Made by a program: the position numbers and the translations under genes. Of a DNA stretch of 64,000 nt, positions 57,201 through 64,000 are shown piece by piece. Each line of letters starts with the position of its first letter. Position 1 is the stretch's first letter. The notes beneath the pieces are model-generated. The model was given only the letters and a program-made list of their open reading frames with translations. It ran no database searches and was not told the DNA's origin. Source of the DNA: Thalia democratica (lineage: Eukaryota). The DNA lies in NCBI GenBank assembly GCA_965202585.1, contig OZ241826.1, positions 15,252,001-15,316,000 on the forward strand, given 5' to 3'.

Positions 57201-60200
57201 CACTTGAGCGGGATGCATTTCTCCTCACAAGCGAACTCAGCCGGACATTTCTTGTCTGTTAGAGATTACATTTAAATGTAATTAGTTTTTTTGGGTTTTA
57301 ACGATTATTTTAGCGAGTAGTAAGCTTTAAGCGTTATCAAGTTTTCCTTTTAAACATTTAGTTGTACTTTCTTATCTTTGATTTTATAACAGTTTACAAA
57401 ACGTTGGAATAAAACTCAAGAGAATAAAGTCAAGATACTTTAATCTTATGACAAATAATTAATGATAAAGATTTTCTCTAGTGTTAAACAGAACACAGAA
57501 TGTCACAACAGTTTCCAAATAACCGTAAGCTGGGCAGCAACTTTTGAAACTACAAAAATATTTTGACATAAGAGACCTAAAGTACTTTCAAGTATATTAT
57601 AATATTTTTTTAAACATTATTTTGAAATGCTTAAACTCCAGTTTATTGTACTTTAAAGTACAAAGTAAACATAACAAAAAATTTTGTTCAATAAAATCTG
57701 CCTTTAAAACTAATGAAAAAAATCATAATTATTTTTATGTATTATACGTACCGCAAACTGGGCAGCACTGTCCGTCCTTGTTGACCAAATGGTATCCCGA
57801 CTCGCAAGTGACCTCAGGACACAACATCATGACGCAGTCAACTGAGCCGAACTCGTTCTTGCAAGTGCAGGTCTCGCAAGGTCCCGTCCTGAACACCGAT
57901 CCCGCTTCCAAGCACCTGGAATGTTGATTAATTAAAAAAAAAAGCTTATATATATCTGAAAAGATGCTAAAAGTGTAAAAACTTGCTTAGCTGAAATGTT
58001 AATTTGTGCATTAAAAAAACCTTAAAAAGTACTAAAGATTATTAATAACAGAGTAATAAAGGAAACTCTTAGGGAAAATGTGTTTACTGTAATTAGAACT
58101 TACATATAATATATATATACTGATAAAAACTAACTGTCCGGAGATGTCGCAACCAATGCATGAGGGTGGAGTTGGTAAAAATGGAACTGTTGTTTCTTCA
58201 ACTGTAACATAAAATTTATGAATAGACCTTTTCAGCTTGAAAAAATTTAAGTTAATTTTTGAGCTAAACTAAATAATAAATTTAAAGCAAAGTTAAATAA
58301 ATCTACAACTAACCAATTTTAAAGCTTGGGTTTTTATGTTATATTGTTGTGACAACAAAAAAAAGTTTTACTCACCATCCTTGCAGTAGCAGCATTCAGC
58401 ACTTTCAGAACTTTCAACGAGCACCTGGTTATCTGCGCATGTGACGTCACAATCGACTTCGCAAGACACGTGACCCGACACGCATGAGCAGGTCTGACAC
58501 GTCGAGTTGGACCAGTGGCCTCCGTTCGGGTATCTGATATTTGAATTTTAAAATTCAAATTCGTGTACATTGTCAAGTTTGAACTAGTTGTAATTACTAC
58601 GTTGTGTAACAAACGAAGTTGAGAGTTGTCAAAATGTTTAAAACGTATAAAAGGCTAAGTTTAAGTGCAAAAATAGTACCTATCTAAACTTGCTGTAGTT
58701 AATAAGTAAATACAGAACTATATTCAATTGAAACACTTTGACAATTGAACAATAATGAAAATTTGAAGAAAAAACTCCAACCTTACACCATCGTGCATGC
58801 ATTAAACAAAAAAAAATTAATAAATATAATAAATATCAACCTTACACCATCGTGCATGCATGGGCATTCAGCTTCCTCGACGCATTTACCTCCCGACATG
58901 AACGTGCCCTCACCGCAGTAACATCCGGGCTCGCAAGATTCGCATTCTGACGTCATATCATCGCACGTCTTGTTGCATCCGCACTGGAGTGGAACTAGTG
59001 GCAATGTGCACACTGGAATGTTGATTGATGTAAATTATATATCGAACATGATAAAAGTTTAAAGATTTTATGATTAAGTGTTAAATAAAAGTTTTGTTAC
59101 ACAGAACTGAGTGGTTAGTTAGATTTGTATAAATACTATGGGTTAGTTTTTTACAATAATGAAAAAAGAGCTCACCAATTGGTTTGGGTGTCGTTGATGA
59201 AGGTTTGGTCGTTTGAACCTGCAAATGTTTTGTTTCACGTTAAACGAGTATAAAATCGTACAAAGTTTTAAGTACACAAAAATTCAAAAAGTTTAAATTG
59301 AAACTTCAGTCACAAATAACAAAACAAACTTTGGTAGTCGGTTCATTTGCAGAAGTGGTTTGTTCGGTGACAGTTTTGCTTGTCGTTTCAACTGGCACAG
59401 TTGTAGTGTCGACCAATGCTTCTGTTATATTACAGTAAATACTTTAAGTTAAAAGTTTATACCGAAACCTTAAATAACAGACAAAAAAAAAAACTCGGCA
59501 GTTAAATTACTAATTAAAAACAAGACTTTATAGCTTTGAATTTATAAAGAATAATACTAATAAAAATCATTCGTACCATCATTAATGTTATATTATTTAT
59601 CTTTTTACAAACCAGTGACAATCTTGGTGCAAGCGCAGCAACCGTCCAAGTCACGTGACAACGTTGCCCCTGACAACCTGCAGGATTCCTCGGTTACCAG
59701 GCATTTCTTGCCGCACACGAAACCGGCGTCTCCACATCTGCACTCTCCGCAAGACACATTCGTCATGCTGGGTACTACTTCTCCGAACTGGTAAAATTCG
59801 TTAACAAATAAAAAACTATAAAAACATCTCTAAACTGTTGGAAGTTTGTAGCTTGTTTCTTTAAGTTCATATTTAAATAATTTGTTGTTATTATTTCAAC
59901 AAAATAAGTTTCAAACACAACAAGCTCGCCGAACTAAAAATAAGACTTTGATAAATATTATCCAAAGACAAAAGCTACAACTACCTCCTCGAACTGAAGA
60001 AATTTGTAGATTTTTTTGATAAATAAATATTTTACATACTTTGTTTTTTTGTTTTGTTTGAGAAGTAAAATTTAAGCTGTTTAATTATTTATGGTTGTGC
60101 ATTTACTATTATTATTATTTTTTTCTTACCGTCTGTTTTATATAATTTCTTAGTTTCCTTTAGCAAAACAAATTTTAAATACACAATGTCCAATTTCCTC

Positions 60201-63200
60201 GACAATCTTATACACAAGCATAATTAAAAACATGCTCACCTCGTAAATCTTGCCCTCATAGTAACAAGGGCAATCCGTTGCCATGACGCACTCCCCGTTG
60301 TGTTCAACCATGTTGTCAGGGCAACTGCACGCCGGTTGGCAGGTGCTGAAGTCGCATTCCTCGTTGGTTGCTAGGGAGTCGCAAGTCTGGTGGCACGGGC
60401 AAGGGTGGAAGATCATGCCGTCAGGACAAACTAAAAAAGCGTTAGTTGTAAGAAAAATAGTAAAGATGAATGTATTTGTATAATTATCAAGAGGGTTTGT
60501 TCTACTAGGTATACAATTAGATTTTCTCAAAACTTGCGTAATTATATTGTTGGTCATCTACTTTTTTTTTTTGATAAAAATTTTATAAAAATTTTGAAGC
60601 TTTACATAAAAAGTAGGCCCTTAACTTTTATTTCCTAACAAGTTTGTTAAAGAAAACGGCTTTTATAGGTTAAACTTTAAGGGTCTTTTTTAATATTTCT
60701 AATTCAATTTTATATATATTGAAATTCTTACTGCAAAAACTGTTTTAGTTTAGTACAAAGCTCACTGTAACAACTCAAGTATGAAAATAAATTACCTGGA
60801 GCAGCAGTAGTTGCTTCAGAAGTCACCACAGTGGTAGTGGTGGAACCCTCAACAGTAGTAGTTGTCATGGTAACAGTTGCGTTGCCAGGTGATGACGTAG
60901 TTGTGCAAGTTGGGTAGCTCGCGCATCTTCCATTGGCTCTGTCGGCTCTACTGTCTGAACAGCTGCACTCCTGATAAATAATTGTATTGAGAGTGAAGTT
61001 GGTAATGTCATTGGAAAAATAGTAAAAGTAAATCAATGTAGTTTTGTTGGTTATAGTTGAAACCTTTAGAGTTTATAGAAAGTAATTATCAAGTATAATT
61101 TTTCGGCAAATAATTAAAAAAACGCTTTTTTATAAAACTGATATACTTCGAACTATGAGAAAAATTAGAAGTTCTTACAAACAAAACTAACATCAATGCT
61201 GCATCCCTCTAGTGGCATGCAATCGCCATCGTCATGACAACCCAACGTGCAGGAGCATTCGTCAGGACATTCGACATCCGGTATGACCGTCGGCACGTAG
61301 GGTTGCTCTGTGGTGCCACCTGGTGGTTAAATAAAAATTGAAGCTGGAATTTGTTTGAATGAGTTACTACGCGCATGCAGATTTTTTTTTGTTAGCAGCT
61401 TAATAAAATGTTTTGCAGTCGATAGAGATAATAAGTTTATTTTATATCTGAGTTTTTTCGGCTTTTACCTTTTGTTAGTTTGGTTTTGAATTAAAGACTT
61501 TTTTAAAAGCAAAAAATAAAAAGCATGATTATAATCAAAAACTCTAACGTATATAAATTACAAGTGAAAAAAACAACTACTACTTTACGGTATCATGCAG
61601 TAAAATATAAAAATAAAAATGCGGTTGTAGCTTTACTATAATACTTCAAAAAAATTTGGTGTATCAACTACTTTGTTTGAAAATTATGCTGAGAAACTTT
61701 AGCAACAACACACAGCAAAAAAACATGCAACTCAATACAAAAAGAATATTTTAATACAAAAAAGAAAGCTGATGAAGCGTGGTTGTGACGACGTCATCGT
61801 ACCTGTGACGTCACTGTAATCGTTGGAGGCCGTGGTGTAGTCCTCTGTGGGTATGCACTGCCTCGAGTTGACCAGGAACGCGCACCTCCCCCTCACCTTG
61901 ACGCTTCCTCGGTTGCAGTCGCACAGATACGGGCAGTCCGCGTTGACGGGGCACCGCGACTCGTCCCGGTCGCATCCGTACAGGCAGTAGCACGTCAGGT
62001 TGCACGCTGTACAAGTTGTGACGTCATAATGCGTGTTGTTTGACGTACAAGCAGTAGCACGTCAGGTTGCACGCTACGGAATACGTGTGGTTTGGAGAAA
62101 ATAAAAAAAAAAGTTGCACCTTTTAAACTGCATATTGCACCTTACACGCTAATTCAGCCAGAAATTTTGAAAAAAGTTGAAAAATGCAGCTGAACTATTT
62201 GTGGAGCGTGTAACTTGGAGAAAATTGAAAATTTGCTACTTTTTACGTGTAGTTTTGGGAAAATTGATTTAACCGACGCGTTCTCAAGGTGCAGCGACGC
62301 GACTTGCAACTTCAAAATGTGGTCATAATGTAGTCAAATATGACGTCATAATGTGTGATCACGATTCGCTTCCGCTGCACCCGAGCGCCGGCGTTTAGAT
62401 TAAAAAAATTAGGCAAGTAATTAGTTTGCTCGTTGTTTAGTATAAATGCATCTATAGCTTTGAAATAAGAGCCTGTTAATTTTTCTACAGCCAAAAATAT
62501 GTCATAATTAGTTTAATAAAGTTTTAGTTTTAAATAAAGTTTTTTGTGTATAATTATAATAACTGCTTACAAGTGCATTTATTTAGTTTTAGTGCAAAAT
62601 TAGTTCTAACAGCCTGCTCATAAAATTGTTTTCAAACTTTTAATTATATGCAACAAAATTATTTGAATTCGACGCAGCCTGCAGTAACTACGTCGTTCAA
62701 ACTTTATACTCTATTATTATTTTCTAATTCAGCTTACGTGCTTCTGTTGTGGTATCTACAGATGGCAGTGATGTGGTTGTCGGCGCAACACCTTCCGTGG
62801 CTTCTTCAGTTTCTGAGGTTGTCTGATCGGATCCTGTGGTTGAGCTTGGTCCAGGTCCTGACGGCGTGGTCGTCTCAGATTTCTGTGTGGTTGAAGTCAC
62901 GACGCTTCCCTGTGTCGTTTCAACTGAAACTGGCGCACCTGCTGTAGATGTTTCAGATGTCATTCCTGGTGTAGTTGTTTCCACTGATGTAGCTGTTGTT
63001 GGCGAATGTACAGGAGTTGACTCAACTAGCATGCACCTTGCGCAACACTCTCCGTCCATCTGTTTTAATTTTTGATTGAAATTGTTATTTACATAAGGAT
63101 TGTTAGGTTAAACAATCAAAAATCTAAAAGGTTAAAGTATGTTAGTTGTAAAGGTTTTCTAGTTTAGCATGTTATTTTAAACTCCCAAAAGTTTACTTTA

Positions 63201-63810
63201 AGTAAATTAAATTAATAAACAACAGACTCTAAGTTATCATATTCTGTTTAAATCAAATACCTTGACGGCTTTTTCATTGATGAGACAAGCTGGTGTCTTG
63301 CACTCTTTCATGTGGCATTCTGTTTTGTTGCTCATGCACATGCAGGTACCGCATCCGTCAGCTGATTCCCATATGTCTCCGTTCTGTGTAAATAATAAAG
63401 TATGTGTAATTACTTTTAACAAGTAAACTTTTAAAAAAGCTCTAGAACTTAAAAAAGTTGAATCAGTTACAATACTATATTTTAGACTTTACTTTATTTT
63501 GATTGAACTACTTATGCTTGTAAAACTAGAAGTTTACGTGCTATAAAGAAACATGTATTGTAACAATTATGAGTATAGCAGTTTTTAGATAAAATAAACA
63601 ACAAAACAAACATTGTACACTTGGTCCATGTAAACGCACGGACAGTCCTCCTCAGCCACGCAGTTGTGACCATCGTACATGGTACCGTGGGGACACGTGC
63701 ACCCCTGGTTACAGCCTTCCGTGGTTGCCACGCAACCGTCCCTCAAGTGGGGGCACATGTTTGTGCACGAGTTGGCGCAATCGTCGTATGACATCGGTGC
63801 ATCACATACA
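44417..63810 (-). CDS. Large gel-forming-mucin / SCO-spondin-like secreted glycoprotein, 3' part (PTS, TIL-like, VWC, LDLa, C-terminal cystine knot)
   Basis: 39 GT-AG exons with compatible phases traced (~7,990 nt): 63810-63612, 63383-63261, 63059-62738, 62006-61803, 61319-61192, 60970-60796, 60430-60240, 59787-59613, 59421-59330, 59218-59176, 59012-58841, 58533-58376, 58201-58135, 57915-57752, 57255-56266, 56163-56063, 55997-55722, 55492-55295, 55003-54799, 54041-53954, 53622-53435, 53097-52973, 52656-52496, 52080-51860, 51584-51438, 51108-50915, 50660-50511, 50221-50045, 49753-49602, 49419-49006, 48787-48316, 48199-48097, 47927-47755, 47531-47396, 47213-46783, 46284-46128, 45858-45661, 45289-45129, 44572-44417. 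The acceptor of the first listed exon is uncertain; the 5' part lies beyond the window. Confidence 0.92.
44835..45155. repeat. 57/58-bp tandem repeat spanning the exon/intron donor (six GTGAGA donors)
   Basis: tctcac at 44835, 44892, 44950, 45007, 45065 and 45123; variant order A-B-A-B-C-C. Confidence 0.95.
46321..46620. repeat. Intronic tandem duplication (~170-bp period)
   Basis: agttattttatgtc..gaatagacttaaatt...gtatacagttttatttaggtgttgatt occurs at 46321 and 46491. Confidence 0.8.
54202..54274 (-). tRNA. tRNA-Val(TAC), inside a mucin intron on the same strand
   Basis: 73-nt cloverleaf identical to 42752-42824 except C48; T-run terminator; lies between mucin exons 55003-54799 and 54041-53954. 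Confidence 0.96.
56510..57055 (-). repeat. Coding 21-bp VNTR, 26 x TTGPIAS-type mucin repeat
   Basis: Counted from the translation; variants are TTGPVAS, TTEPIAS, TTGPISS, TTGPVDS and TSGPVDS. Confidence 0.95.
57140..57255 (-). other. LDL-receptor class A module in the mucin (second one split over 54041-53954 / 53622-)
   Basis: [34 protein letters not shown]; the second is CAEGWHECDSGKCIPPQWL|CDGAPDCFDASDELSC. Confidence 0.9.
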
Positions 63811-64000
63811 CTGTGTTTGAAATACTATTGTTGAAATTTTTTGTTTTTTAATCCAATTAATTTGGGTTGATTAAGTTAGTATTCAACTGTGCATTGCAAA
63901 AATTGTATTTTGATTAGAATTTGTCAGAAATCTTTAACTTTTGAACTTTGAACATTTTAACATTGTTTTTTACTTTTAAAAAGAAAGCAATAACTAAAAA

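Noticed and set aside
58533-58846. Apparent need for a non-canonical splice site in the mucin
   Set aside because: Resolved by the canonical phase-2 donor AAG|gttgat at 58841; all introns traced are GT-AG.
45141-63075. Many plus-strand Val-rich ORFs opposite mucin exons
   Set aside because: Antisense read-through of Thr/Ser-rich GC-rich exons; no independent splice structure.

Overview
AT-rich animal genomic DNA (all introns traced are GT-AG, exons mostly GC-richer; a non-vertebrate, possibly tunicate-like genome, but the taxon is inference only). Left to right: (1) a divergent tetraspanin-like gene on the minus strand (4 exons, 252-3285, 3' end probably outside the window) among CAGGGTTGCC-type MITEs; (2) BACK-Kelch paralogues that lack a complete BTB domain: intact + copy (10711-13691), 3'-truncated - copy (15452-17403), intact - copy (21770-24650) and, further right, a pseudogene (~34258-35487), with two of them in a ~4.4-kb segmental duplication; (3) RPS27A (ubiquitin-eS31 fusion, 156 aa, 29228-33071) whose introns carry a SNORD58-like C/D RNA, an H/ACA RNA matching 18S U105, a double-guide SNORD78-like/SNORD95-like C/D RNA and a candidate U2-Psi54 guide hairpin; (4) a 7-exon, ~181-aa orphan type I membrane protein gene missed by the ORF track (39802-41130); (5) three tRNA-Val genes, each with TATAAA at -29 to -31, one inside a mucin intron; (6) the 3' 39 exons (~2,660 codons) of a large minus-strand gel-forming-mucin/SCO-spondin-like gene (PTS, TIL-like, VWC, LDLa, C-terminal cystine knot; 44417 to beyond 63810) with repeated duplications of its own splice junctions. 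All gene models were built by hand from splice sites and phase consistency; no database searches were run, and family names of small RNAs rest on recalled human sequences.
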